A stretch of DNA of 64,000 nucleotides from Eledone cirrhosa (lineage: Eukaryota), in assembly GCA_964016885.1 (NCBI GenBank), contig OZ024740.1:21886001-21950000 (forward strand), read 5' to 3'. Numbering within the stretch: the stretch's first letter is position 1; each line of letters starts with the position of its first letter. The notes beneath the pieces were generated by a model. It had not been told where the DNA came from. It saw only the letters and a list, made by a program, of their open reading frames with translations, and ran no database searches. Shown piece by piece: positions 1 through 15,695 of this stretch. Both the position numbers and the translations under genes were made by a program.

Positions 1-654
1 ATTAACTTACTTACTAAAATTTCACTCCAACTAATTAGTTTCTGAAAGGGAATAAACATAGTTTCCGAAGAAACGTACGGAGAAGCCTTTCGTCATCAGG
101 GAAGTCTATTCTCAGCTAAGTTTCCAGGCAATACGTGGACACAGGGAACTTATACAAAAATAATTCAGTGGATGGAAAAAAGCAAAGCGTGGACTAAATT
201 CCAAGCCATTGAAAAAAAATCACTGCCTACTGCGTCGGTGGCAAATTCAAAAGAATCAGTCACGTTATATCAAGGTCAATCAGTGAAGAGTGGTTTGTTA
301 AGAAGACAGCAGCCGGATGTTACTATAGTAGCAGTTTTGGCCAATTTTTGCTCGACAAAATAATTTGGTGATAATTATAAAGAATTAATATATCTAGAAA
401 CATATATAATTTTATAATTTTCTTATTTTACGTCTCTCATATTATTGTTCTGCATCCCCATGCATCGAACCACAAAGTTACTAAGACAAAACCTATATAT
501 TTGCTAGCATAAGTATGCATCTGTGTATATATATGTTAATAGATATATTAATTCATTTAATTATCTCCAAATTATTTTGTCGAACAAAAATTGGCCAAAA
601 CAGCTACTATATATACATACATATATATATATATATACATACTATGTATGTATA

Positions 655-1150
655 TCATCATCATCATCATCATCACCGTTTTACGTCCGTTCTTCCACGC
701 TAGCATGGGTTAGACGGGTTGTCCCGTTGTGGGCAGTGTCTGGTCGGCTGACCATGCCTTGCTCATACAGGAACTGATCTGGCTTGATTTCTACAGCTGG
801 ATGCCCTTCCTAACACCAACCTCATTTACAGTGAGTGCTGGGTGCTTTTTCGTGGCGCCTACACGTCCACTTTACAGTGTGGGCTGGGTGCTTTTTTGCC
901 GTGGCACCTCCACGACCACCTTGCGGTGGGGGGGGGGCATATTGTTTATATGCTTCAGCATGTACCCATGGGAGGTCGGGTACCCTGTATTACTGCGTGA
1001 CGCCAGAAGTCACGGTCGTGTGTCATTGACTTTGAGAGGTGTAGTTGGGTATGGTCGGCTTTTATCACCTCATCCCAAGTCATCTTGGGTCTCCCCACTC
1101 CGCGGTTTCCATCAACTTCTAGTGCTCTGCACCTTTTTATGCAGCTGTCT
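655..1150 (-). mobile_element. RTE-clade LINE, 3' fragment (ORF C-terminus, 3' UTR, (GAT)n tail)
   Basis: Minus strand encodes [28 protein letters not shown]..., homologous to the C-terminus of the RTE ORF at 2735-4558; (TCA)n tail at 655-675. Confidence 0.9.
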
Positions 1151-2734
<1,584 letters not shown>

Positions 2735-4558
2735 ATTGTCGGGGAGAAGTGTGTACTAAACGACGATGGCACACTTGCCATCACCGACGCTGATAAGAAG
2801 GTAGCTTGGAAGTGTCACTATGAAAGGCTGCTAAATGAGGAGAATAATTGGGAGAAAGGCAGTCTCCCCCATATCGACCCAATAGAGGGACCAGCAGTGT
2901 TAGTCGAGGGGAGTATAATAAGTAAGGCAATCAAGGATATGAAGACGGGTAAGGCGGCTGGGCCTTCGGAAATAGTTGCTGAGATGCTGAAGGCATCTGG
3001 CACGGTGGGACACACCATGGTCACCCGCATAGTTAACCAAGTCGTACAGAATGGGGTTGTTCCGAAGGACTGGCATAGCAGCATCATCGTTAACTGTTAT
3101 AAGGGTAAAGGAGACGCCCTAGATAGGAGTAACTATAGAGGCATTAAATTAATCGACCAGGTCATGAAGGTCACGGAAAAAGTAATAGCGCAACTAATCA
3201 GAGAGAGAATTGACCTAGATGAAATGCAGTTCGGGTTTGTGTCAGGCAAAAGTACCACAGACGCTCTTTTCATAGTACGACAACTACAGGAGAAGTACCT
3301 AGCTAAAGGTAAACCCCTCTACTTAGCTTTTGTCGACTTGGAGAAAGCCTTCGACAGAGTCCCCCGCTCCATTATCTGGTGGGCTCTTAGAAAACTAGGC
3401 GTTGACGAATGGCTTGTGAGGGCTATACAAGCCATGTATAAAGAAACAGTCAGCAAGGTTAGAATTAACAACGAATATAGTGAAGAGTTTAGCGTAAAAG
3501 TTGGCGTCCATCAGGGCTCTGTTCTCAGCCCACTACTATTTATTATTGCCCTTCAGGCTATAACAGAGGAGTTCAAGACAGGCTGCCCATGGGAACTCCT
3601 ATACGCAGACGACCTGACACTCATAGCGGAATCAATGGCCGAGCTAGAGAAGAAATTCCAAACATGGAAGCACGGCCTAGAGTCAAAAGTACTTAAAATT
3701 AACCTGGCTAAGACCAAAGTACTAGTTTGTAGGAAAGAAAACAAGGCGGCGGTCTCTTCTGGGAAATGGTCGTGCTCGGTGTGTAGGAAAGGCGTAGGTA
3801 GAAACTCCATTTTATGTCCTAAATGCAAAGTATGGGTGCATAAAAGATGTAGTGGGATCACAGGTAAGCTAACTAAGAACATAGATTTTACATGTGGCCG
3901 GTGCTCTGGTGCAATAAGTAGCAGCAAGTGCCCACAAGCTACTAGCTCTTTCAATTGCGCAGAGGGTTCTATAGAAATAGTGGACAGCTTCCGTTACCTG
4001 GGCGATAAAATCAGCAGTGGGGGAGGGTGCTCTGAAAGTACTGTAGCTAGAGTCAGAACTGGTTGGAAAAAGTTCAGAGAGCTTATACCACTATTAGCTG
4101 CTAAAGGGTTCTCACTAAAAATGAAAGGCAGGTTGTACGATGCCTGCATACGAACAGCAATGCTGCATGGCAGTGAGACCTGGGCATTGTGTGCAGAGGA
4201 TATACGCAGACTAGAGAGGAACGAAGCTTGCATGCTCCGCTGGATGTGTAACAGTAATATACGTGAACGGCAAAGCATAAACGAACTAAGGAAAAAATTA
4301 GAGATAAGAGGGATCAGATGTTGTTTACTCGAGAGAAGGCTACGTTGGTATGGACACGTGATGCGCATGAAAGTCGATAGCTGTATAACAAAGTGCAGGG
4401 CAATAAAGATAGACGGTAGTCACGGAATAGGCAGACCTAGAAAAACCTGGGACGAGCTGATAAACTCCGACATCACACACTTACACCTCTCCAAGACAAT
4501 GTCACTGGACCGAGACCTTTGGCGGTACTCAGTAACAGAGAAGACCCGCCTTACCTAA
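2735..4558 (+). CDS. RTE reverse transcriptase (no start; open frame) with PHD-like zinc finger
   Basis: Motifs [55 protein letters not shown]. The track ORF start at 2108 is microsatellite. Confidence 0.93.
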   Translation: MVGEKCVLNDDGTLAITDADKKVAWKCHYERLLNEENNWEKGSLPHIDPIEGPAVLVEGSIISKAIKDMKTGKAAGPSEIVAEMLKASGTVGHTMVTRIVNQVVQNGVVPKDWHSSIIVNCYKGKGDALDRSNYRGIKLIDQVMKVTEKVIAQLIRERIDLDEMQFGFVSGKSTTDALFIVRQLQEKYLAKGKPLYLAFVDLEKAFDRVPRSIIWWALRKLGVDEWLVRAIQAMYKETVSKVRINNEYSEEFSVKVGVHQGSVLSPLLFIIALQAITEEFKTGCPWELLYADDLTLIAESMAELEKKFQTWKHGLESKVLKINLAKTKVLVCRKENKAAVSSGKWSCSVCRKGVGRNSILCPKCKVWVHKRCSGITGKLTKNIDFTCGRCSGAISSSKCPQATSSFNCAEGSIEIVDSFRYLGDKISSGGGCSESTVARVRTGWKKFRELIPLLAAKGFSLKMKGRLYDACIRTAMLHGSETWALCAEDIRRLERNEACMLRWMCNSNIRERQSINELRKKLEIRGIRCCLLERRLRWYGHVMRMKVDSCITKCRAIKIDGSHGIGRPRKTWDELINSDITHLHLSKTMSLDRDLWRYSVTEKTRLT

Positions 4559-4935
4559 ATATATAGTAAAACCTACTCCAGCCAGTAGGCATCCCTAACA
4601 AAATACACCCCGTCCGACCACCCCCACCCCTACCCCATCCATACCACCCCGTTCTATGTAAAGTTATGTTGGTGCCGCGCCATCGAGGCCGAAACAAATG
4701 AGATCGTGTAGGTGTCACGACAAAAAAACACACAGTCCACGCTGTAATGTGGCCGTGTAGGCAACACGGTAAAAACCTCCCAGACCCACACTGTAAATGT
4801 GGTTGGTGTTAGGAAGGGCATCCAACTGTAGAAAACCTGCCAGACAGTCCTATGCGAGCAAGACAATCACTCTTGCCTCAAGTGGGACTACCCCCGTCCA
4901 AACCCATGCAAGCGTGGAACACGGACGTTAAACGT

Positions 4936-4966
<31 letters not shown>
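2735..4966 (+). mobile_element. 5'-truncated RTE-clade LINE with 3' UTR and (GAT)n tail
   Basis: RT ORF followed by ~370-bp UTR and (GAT)n; TA tracts on both sides. Confidence 0.95.
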
Positions 4967-5079
4967 ATATATACATATATATATACATATATATATATAT
5001 ACATATATATATACATATATATATACACATATATATATACATATATATATACATATATATATACATATATATATATAGA

Positions 5080-5120
<41 letters not shown>

Positions 5121-5155
5121 ATATATACATACATATATATATATATACATACATA

Positions 5156-7117
5156 TTCTCTTTTATTCTCTTTTACCTGTTTCAGCCATCCGGCTGAGGC
5201 CATGCTGGGGCACCGCCCTTGTTGCTACACATTTTATCTCCAGCCTGTATAGGTTGGCCACTGGTGTAGGAGGGAGTTTGTTGCTACTGCCCTTAGGTTT
5301 CCCTCGTGTCTTGCCGTGGGCTCATCCGGGATCCTGGATAACAAGGTGTCGAGATGTTTCTTAAAGACATCCACCTCCACGTCATGCAAGTCTCGCAGAT
5401 GCCTCGGCAGCCTGTTGAAGAGTTGAGGGCCCTTGAATCCCAGGCTATTGCAATACCTGCTCCTTATTCAAGATGTGGAAAACGGGACCTTTGGCACCAC
5501 ACAGTGACGTCCTGTTCGACGGTTGGTCCAGCTCCCAATGCCAAAGTTTGGTGCTAGTCCCTCCAGGATTTTCCACATGTAGATCACTGCGTATCTCTCC
5601 CGTCTTCGCTCCAAGGAGTAGAGGTTCAGTTCCTTCAGCCTCTCCCAGTAGCTTGTCTCCCTCATCTTGGCAATCCTCTTGGTGTAGCTTCGCTGGATTG
5701 CCTCAAGCTCCGTGGTTAGTTTGACACTATGGGGTGACCACAGCTGGGAGCAGTAGTCCAGGCGGCTTAGGACAAAAGTCCTCCACAGTGTCAACATGGT
5801 GTCTCGATCTCTTGTAAGGAAAGTCCTCAAGATCCAGCCAGCGAATCGTCTACATGCTGTCGCCACCTTCATGATGTGTGAAGAAAAAGATGCATCATCG
5901 CTCATGTCTATGCCCAGGTCTCGTATCGATTTTGACACGGGGATATCGGTCCCTCCTGGTCCTGTGTAGCTGTGTTCCGCTATATTTGTGTTTGTGTTTG
6001 CAGGTTTGTATTGTAGGGCTTGGAATTTGCCAGCATTAAACTGCATGTTGTTTTCTTCCGCCCATCTGTATATGGCATCCAGATCCTGCTGTAAGAGGGC
6101 AGCGTCAGTCGGGTTTTTGATTGCCTGTGCTACCTTAGTGTCATCAGCATAGCTAGTGAGGGATGATGTTGCATGCACCACAGAGGGCATGTCCGAGAGA
6201 GCCACCAAAAACAGTAGTGGTCCCAGGACTGTCCCCTGAGGCACCCCACTTGTTATCGGTGTTTCCCTCGAGAGGGCCCCATTTGCTGTGACTGCCTGGC
6301 TTCTGTCCCTTAGGAAGCCATGCAGCCACTCACCTACTTTTCCAGTTATGCCGAGTCCGTGTAGTTTGTGACATATCATTCCGTGGTCGACCTTGTCAAA
6401 GGCCTTCGCAAAGTCAAGATATATCACGTCTACATGTGAGCTGTCTAGTAGTTGTCTCAGTACCCAGTCGTAGTGATGTAGCAGCTGTGTAAGGCAGCTT
6501 CTTCCTGGGCGGAAGCCATGTTGCGTGCTAGTCAGGCGGTCATTTTCTTCGAGGAAAGTGATTAGTTTCTTTCTGACGACTCGCTCCATGACCTTACTGA
6601 TATGCGACGTCAGGGAGACTGGCCTATAGTTCTTGGCCTCCGCTCTACTACCTCCTTTATGGATAGGGCATATTGTGCCTTCTTTCAGCTCCCTGGGTAG
6701 TACACCGCTAGCCAAGGAGCTTCTGAAGAGCATCTTCAGTGGAGTTGCTAAGGCCCGCTTACATATTTTTAGGAGAACTGCTGGGAATCCATCAGGTCCA
6801 GCAGCCGAGTCTGTTCTAATTTCATCAATGGCGTACACCACATCCTCCTCCGTTATGTCTATGTGGTTGATGGTTGCCATTTCTTGATGTAGTGTTGTGG
6901 CATCAAAGAACTCCTCTGGCTTCGTTATTTGCATGTGCTTCAGTGGACATGTGAAGACACTTTTGTACTGTTCGTTCAGTATTTCACATATCTCTTGGGG
7001 ATTTTCGGTTAATGAACCGTCCGTGTGGAAGAGTGGTCCAATCTTGCAGTGTACTGAGGAAGTTTCTTTTGCAAATTTAAAGAAGGCCTTAGGGTTTGTT
7101 TTAATGTTTGTTTTAAT
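5156..7117 (-). mobile_element. 5'-truncated CR1-group LINE
   Basis: RT ORF plus 3' UTR ending in an (AATAAAAGAG)-like tail at 5156-5178. Confidence 0.9.
5468..7117 (-). CDS. CR1-group reverse transcriptase (5'-truncated, open frame)
   Basis: Motifs [64 protein letters not shown]. Confidence 0.92.
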   Translation of the reverse strand: MKTNIKTNPKAFFKFAKETSSVHCKIGPLFHTDGSLTENPQEICEILNEQYKSVFTCPLKHMQITKPEEFFDATTLHQEMATINHIDITEEDVVYAIDEIRTDSAAGPDGFPAVLLKICKRALATPLKMLFRSSLASGVLPRELKEGTICPIHKGGSRAEAKNYRPVSLTSHISKVMERVVRKKLITFLEENDRLTSTQHGFRPGRSCLTQLLHHYDWVLRQLLDSSHVDVIYLDFAKAFDKVDHGMICHKLHGLGITGKVGEWLHGFLRDRSQAVTANGALSRETPITSGVPQGTVLGPLLFLVALSDMPSVVHATSSLTSYADDTKVAQAIKNPTDAALLQQDLDAIYRWAEENNMQFNAGKFQALQYKPANTNTNIAEHSYTGPGGTDIPVSKSIRDLGIDMSDDASFSSHIMKVATACRRFAGWILRTFLTRDRDTMLTLWRTFVLSRLDYCSQLWSPHSVKLTTELEAIQRSYTKRIAKMRETSYWERLKELNLYSLERRRERYAVIYMWKILEGLAPNFGIGSWTNRRTGRHCVVPKVPFSTS

Positions 7118-9932
<2,815 letters not shown>

Positions 9933-10224
9933 ATAAAAACAAATAACGAAACAAAATTAAATTTCGTTTCGCTTCTAACTCACTTTTGTATGACTGACGC
10001 TTAAACAATTAAGTTAAAGTGTACATCTACATATGTATACGGAAGTATTAGTATGCATATAAATACACACATGTATACATATGTACATGTACTCAGCTTT
10101 TCACTAGACACTTTACAGTGAGTGTCAGCTAGTCTGTATGTAACCACACAGGCGGACCGGGTTTTAGAGTCATACGAGTTTTCAAGGAAACACATTTCCT
10201 CTACTCTCCAGAGGGCCAGACAGG

Positions 10225-10269
10225 AATATTGGACTAGTTTCGATGTTATTACATCTCATCAGCAATATT
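10225..10269 (-). ncRNA. Minimal type-I hammerhead ribozyme
   Basis: AAUAUUG-CUGAUGA-GAUGU(AAUA)ACAUC-GAAA-CUA-GUC-CAAUAUU: canonical core, perfect stems I and II, palindromic stem III ACUAGU. Confidence 0.92.
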
Positions 10270-10693
10270 TACCCATCTTCCGGCTTCTCTGGAGAATTGT
10301 AAAAGCACATATCGTTATATGCTTTTTCTATGAAAATTAGTAGTGGGTAGACCAATTTGCATAGAACGTGAGTCATTGTACGCACCGGTTCAGCGGAAAC
10401 GATAAAAACAAATAACGAAACGAAATTAAATTTCGTTTCGCTTCTAACTCACTTTTGTATGACTGACGCTTAAACAATTAAGTTAAAGTGTACATCTACA
10501 TATGTATACGGAAGTATTAGTATGCATATAAATACACACATGTATACATATGTACATGTACTCAGCTTTTCACTAGACACTTTACAGTGAGTGTCAGCTA
10601 GTCTGTATGTAACCACACAGGCGGACCGGGTTTTAGAGTCATACGAGTTTTCAAGGAAACACATTTCCTCTATTCTCCAGAGGGCCAGACAGG

Positions 10694-10738
10694 AATATTG
10701 GACTAGTTTCGATGTTATTACATCTCATCAGCAATATT
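10694..10738 (-). ncRNA. Minimal type-I hammerhead ribozyme
   Basis: Identical to 10225-10269, 469 bp away. Confidence 0.92.
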
Positions 10739-11145
10739 TACCCATCTTCCGGCTTCTCTGGAGAATTGTAAAAGCACATATCGTTATATGCTTTTTCTAT
10801 GAAAATTAGTAGTGGGTAGACCAATTTGCATAGAACGTGAGTCATTGTACGCACCGGTTCAGCGGAAACGATAAAAACAAATAACGAAACGAAATTAAAT
10901 TTCGTTTCGCTTCTAACTCACTTTTGTATGACTGACGCTTAAACAATTAAGTTAAAGTGTACATCTACATATGTATACGGAAGTATTAGTATGCATATAA
11001 ATACACACATGTATACATATGTACATGTGTGTATTTGCATGACTCACGTTCTATGCAAATTGGTCTACCCACTACTAATTTTCATAGAAAAAGCATATAA
11101 CGATATGTGCTTTTACAATTCTCCAGAGAAGCCGGAAGATGGGTA

Positions 11146-11190
11146 AATATTGCTGATGAGATGTAATAACATCGAAACTAGTCCAATATT
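11146..11190 (+). ncRNA. Minimal type-I hammerhead ribozyme
   Basis: aatattg CTGATGA gatgt aata acatc GAAA cta GTC caatatt; predicted cleavage after 11183. Confidence 0.92.
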
Positions 11191-11533
11191 CCTGTCTGGC
11201 CCTCTGGAGAATAGAGGAAATGTGTTTCCTTGAAAACTCGTATGACTCTAAAACCCGGTCCGCCTGTGTGGTTACATACAGACTAGCTGACACTCACTGT
11301 AAAGTGTCTAGTGAAAAGCTGAGTACATGTACATATGTATACATGTGTGTATTTATATGCATACTAATACTTCCGTATACATATGTAGATGTACACTTTA
11401 ACTTAATTGTTTAAATATATATACATATACATATATATAAATATATATACATATATATAAATATATATATATATACATACGTGGGAAAGTAAAAAAATCG
11501 GAGAATAGACCGTTAAAACATGTTTATTTAAAA

Positions 11534-11578
11534 TATCCCCTACGTACGTTTCGCCCAGTTGGGCTTCTCATGGGCATA
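11534..11578 (-). ncRNA. Hammerhead-like motif of PLE pLTR, degenerate core
   Basis: UAUGCCC-AUGAGAA-GCCCA(AC)UGGGC-GAAA-CGUACG-UA-GGGGAUA. Confidence 0.6.
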
Positions 11579-11877
11579 AATAATCACAAGTGTTCCTTAT
11601 ATTGCCCGGAAAGAGTTTTTGGGGTTAAATCCACATCAAGGTTTATTGCTCGCAAAAATATCTTGTTTTGATTTTGCAGCAGGTCAAGGGAGGTAACTCT
11701 GGCCGGTGTTAGGGCAGTCTTTCCCGGACAATTTTTTTTTTTTTTTTTTTTTTTTTATGCCGCATCCGTTTGTCTGAGGCTGGGTCTGGTATGCAAGGAT
11801 TGTTTCCTGGGTGTTATTTTTCAGCGCCTGTCAGCCGGGGTGTTAAGACTTGTTGCAGGGAGATCCAGTGTACTATT

Positions 11878-13620
11878 TCACTCTTCATCCTTAACCCATC
11901 TGAAGAAGGATATTTTTAAGCAATGTGTACAACTTATCGCTGTTTCAGCTCTGCTGTTGATGAGCTCGTGGGGTGCAGTTATGATGTAGTAGAGCTCCAT
12001 GAGGCAAAGATCGCATTTCCTCTTGAAGTTGTACGGTGCAGCCCTGCCGACAATCTCCCAGTGCGTGGAGAAGCTGATGTTTAAGTCCTTTAGTGATGTG
12101 ATGTAGTCCGCGAGCGAAGTGGAGTGCCTTAGTTTTCTATTTGTGAAAGTGGAGATGTGTTCGAAACCTAATTTTGAACGGGCCGGAGGTGGCCCCTATA
12201 TAATGTTTAACGCTATTGTGGCTAGTAATAGTGCATCTATATATAACCCTATCAGTCAAGCAGTATCCTCTAAGGGGGCAGCGTCCTCTGTCGCGGCAGT
12301 TGCAATTTCTGTCGCGGTTTCGTCTATTTCCCACAGTAAGGCTATCATTGTTGCTGCCTACGTTGTTACCTACGCTACCGCAGCTGTCGTTAGCACAATT
12401 ACAACCCACAGCACGCGGGATGGTGCGATTGTTATTCCGCACGTCATGTTCTGCATGTTCCCCAGTCATTTCGCGGTCATTCTGGTTGCGTCTGCGGATG
12501 CCGTTGCCAACACTATTGGATGCTGCCAGGGAGTTGTTAAGGCCGATATAGTTATTGTCAGGTGAAGGTGCGTCTGTGTCTTGGTGATCTTACTGTGGTT
12601 CGTTGTTCCTATGATGTCTGCTAGGTTAGGAGTAGTAGAGAAGGATATTTTTATATTGTTCCTATTAAGAATTTTTCTATACCTATGGTTGGGCGGGAAG
12701 TTCTTCTCTAAGGCTTCGAAGAACATCCGGGGTATGTTGCAGGCCACACTCCGAGAGTAGGGGGGGGGTGGAACCATAGGACGTTACGGTGGCGATTACG
12801 TGTCCTTGTACTTTTGCTACGGGTGGTTCTATCTAAGTGACCGCTCTTATGTGTGTTAATGCGCAGTCGCCCGTTCGGTGCCCCTTTCACTTTATGCTCG
12901 GGTGCACTCTTTCTACCTCTTCCATGTTTATGTACACGAAGATGTTGGTTGGAAGGCGTTGGTAGTAGGCCGTCGCCTTTGTTGGTTTTGTAATAGGGGT
13001 ATAGTTTGAGTAATCTACAGTGTTCATCGTCGCCGGGGACGTGATCTTTGGTGCGGTTATCTATTCTATTATATCCGACTTCAACGAGGTCGCGGTGTGA
13101 TCGGTTATAGGTATGGCTTACTATAACGTTAGTTTTATGAGGGGGGTGGTTTCTAGAGCTAGCGTTAGGGATGTAGGAAATTCCTCGGTTAAAGCCGGCG
13201 CTTATCAGGGCCCTATTGTAGTAATCAGCCGCTTGGTTGAAGATATCATCATTGGCGGATAGCCTCGAGATTCTATGTGAGATACTATAGACTATGGAGT
13301 TGAGAGTCTGCTTAGGGTGGTTGGAGGCATAATTAATATAAGAGAGGCACTCCCCAGGCTTATGGTATGGCTTGTATAAGCCCGTACTCAACTCCAGGAA
13401 GTTGATAACACTGTGGTTGAGGTCCATAGTTACGGATAGGCCGTATGACTTAAAGAACCTGTGTATATGTTTGTTAAGGTTCTCTATCCTACGGGGGCTA
13501 TGGTTCCTAACGGTAAACAGGGCGTCGTCCCTATATACACCTCCTTGTAGGGCCGGTATTTCTTCCCTAAGCTTATGTAGGAGGTATATCCCGACCAGGT
13601 CAGTTGCTTGCGCTGAGTCA
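11878..13620 (-). pseudogene. PLE RT C-half, thumb and GIY-YIG endonuclease, frameshifted
   Basis: SAQATDLVG, YRDDALF, YKPYHKP..YINYASNHP, WF.PPYSRSV..NRNNIKISFS, then CNCR..CPL, VIY..HYIG; frameshifts at poly-G ~12760, near 12560 and a 2-bp deletion ~12150. Confidence 0.88.
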
Positions 13621-13627
13621 CAGCACG

Positions 13628-14349
13628 CCAAGACACAGCACCTCGACACAGACGCGCCTACACCTGACAATAACTATATCGGCCTTAACAACTCCCTGGC
13701 AGCATCCAATAGTGTTGGCAACGGCATCCGCAGACGCAACCAGAATGACCGCGAAATGACTGGGGAACATGCAGAACATGACGTGCGGAATAACAATCGC
13801 ACCACCCCGCGTGCTGTGGGTTGTAATTGTGCTAACGACAACTGCGGTAGCGTAGGTAACAACGTAGGCAGCAACAATGATAGCCTTACCGTGGGAAATA
13901 GACGAAACCGCGACAGAAATTGCAACTGCCGCGACAGAGGGCGCTGCCCCCTTAGAGGATACTGCTTGACTGATAGGGTTATATATAGATGCACTATTAC
14001 TAGCCACAATAGCGTTAAACATTATATAGGGGCCACCTCCGGCCCGTTCAAAATTAGGTTTCGAACACATCTCCACTCTTTCACAAATAGAAAACTAAGG
14101 CACTCCACTTCGTTCGCGGACTACATCACATCACTAAAGGACTTAAACATCAGCTTCTCCACGCACTGGGAGATTGTCGGCAGGGCTGCACCGTACAACT
14201 TCAAGAGGAAATGCGATCTTTGCCTCATGGAGCTCTACTACATCATAACTGCACCCCACGAGCTCATCAACAGCAGAGCTGAAACAGCGATAAGTTGTAC
14301 ACATCGCTTAAAAATATCCTTCTTCAGATGGGTTAAGGATGAAGAGTGA
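13628..14349 (+). CDS. PLE GIY-YIG endonuclease domain (inverted copy, open, no true start)
   Basis: CNCRDRGRCPLRGYCLTDRVIYRC...HYIGATSGPFKIRFRTH...CDLCLME...LINSRAE..CTH. Confidence 0.88.
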
Positions 14350-14640
14350 AATAGTACACTGGATCTCCCTGCAATAAGTCTTAACACCCCGGCTGACAGG
14401 CGCTGAAAAATAACACCCAGGAAACAATCCTTGCATACCAGACCCAGCCTCAGACAAACGGTATGCGGCATAAAAAAAAAAAAAAAATTGTCCGGGAAAG
14501 ACTGCCCTAACACCGGCCAGAGTTACCTCCCTTGACCTGCTGCAAAATCAAAACAAGATATTTTTGCGACCAATGAACCTTGATGTGGATTTAACCCCAA
14601 AAACTCTTTCCGGGCAATATAAGGAACACTTGTGATTATT

Positions 14641-14685
14641 TATGCCCCTGAGAAGCCCAACTGGGCGAAACGTACGTAGGTGATA
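14641..14685 (+). ncRNA. Hammerhead-like motif of PLE pLTR, non-canonical CUGAGAA core
   Basis: tatgccc CTGAGAA gcccaactgggc GAAA cgtacg TA ggtgata; palindromic stem III. Confidence 0.7.
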
Positions 14686-14897
14686 TTTTAAATAAACATG
14701 TTTTAAAGGTCTATTCTCCGATTTTTTACTTTCCCACGTGTTTACGGTCTGCTAACTCTCTAGCCCACTAAATATTAACACTTCGAATATTTAATACTGC
14801 CGGCACTAGTATCGAGCACCTTTGGCATACGCTACTTGGCAAATAACTATATGTATCACCTATCCCCCCTTTTTTTCTCTTTCTCGATACGTAAATA

Positions 14898-15017
14898 CTA
14901 TATATACGTATATATATATACATATATATATATATACATATATACATATATTTACATATATATATATATACATATCTATATATTTACATATATATATATA
15001 TACATATCTATATATAC

Positions 15018-15072
<55 letters not shown>

Positions 15073-15529
15073 CATATATATATATACATATATATATATA
15101 CATATATATATATACATATCTATACATACATATATATATATACATATCTATACATATATATATATACATATATATATATACATATCTATACATATATATA
15201 TATACATATATATATATACATATATACATTTATATATATACATATCTATATATATACATATCTATATATATACATATCTATATATATACATATCTATATA
15301 TATACATATCTATATATATACATATCTATATATATACATATCTATATATATACATATCTATATATATACATATCTCTATATATACATATCTATATATATA
15401 CATATCTATATATATATACATATCTATATATATACACATATCTATATATATACATATCTATATATATATATATCTATATATATACATATATATACATATA
15501 TATACATCTATATATATACATATATATAC

Positions 15530-15560
<31 letters not shown>

Positions 15561-15592
15561 CACATATATATATACATATCTATATATATACA

Positions 15593-15624
<32 letters not shown>

Positions 15625-15630
15625 CATATC

Positions 15631-15685
<55 letters not shown>

Positions 15686-15695
15686 CTATATATAT
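14898..15695. repeat. Compound (TA)n microsatellite with CATA/TCTA variants
   Basis: Directly visible. Confidence 0.97.

Larger units (their letters stand above)
9933..11414. mobile_element. 469-bp tandem repeat (2.3 copies) plus inverted partial copy; retrozyme/pLTR-like
   Basis: Unit starts at 9933, 10402 and 10871; inverted copy ~11039-11414; each complete copy and the inverted copy carry a hammerhead; TA tracts flank. Confidence 0.85.
11479..14890. mobile_element. Penelope-like element with inverted duplication of its 3' part
   Basis: Inverted arms ~11479-12584 and ~13628-14739 around an RT spacer; GIY-YIG and a hammerhead-like motif in each arm; TA tracts flank. Confidence 0.92.

Noticed and set aside
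50-110. Minus-strand CUGAUGA...GAAAC hammerhead candidate
   Set aside because: Only a 4-bp stem II and no pairing stem I, so not supportable; a decayed motif is possible.
10122-10340. 72-aa and 64-aa ORFs repeated in the 469-bp unit
   Set aside because: Non-ATG starts, no recognisable domain; repetition only reflects the unit duplication.
13372-13627. N-terminal part of the 325-aa ORF
   Set aside because: It is the antisense of the PLE RT, fused across the inversion junction.
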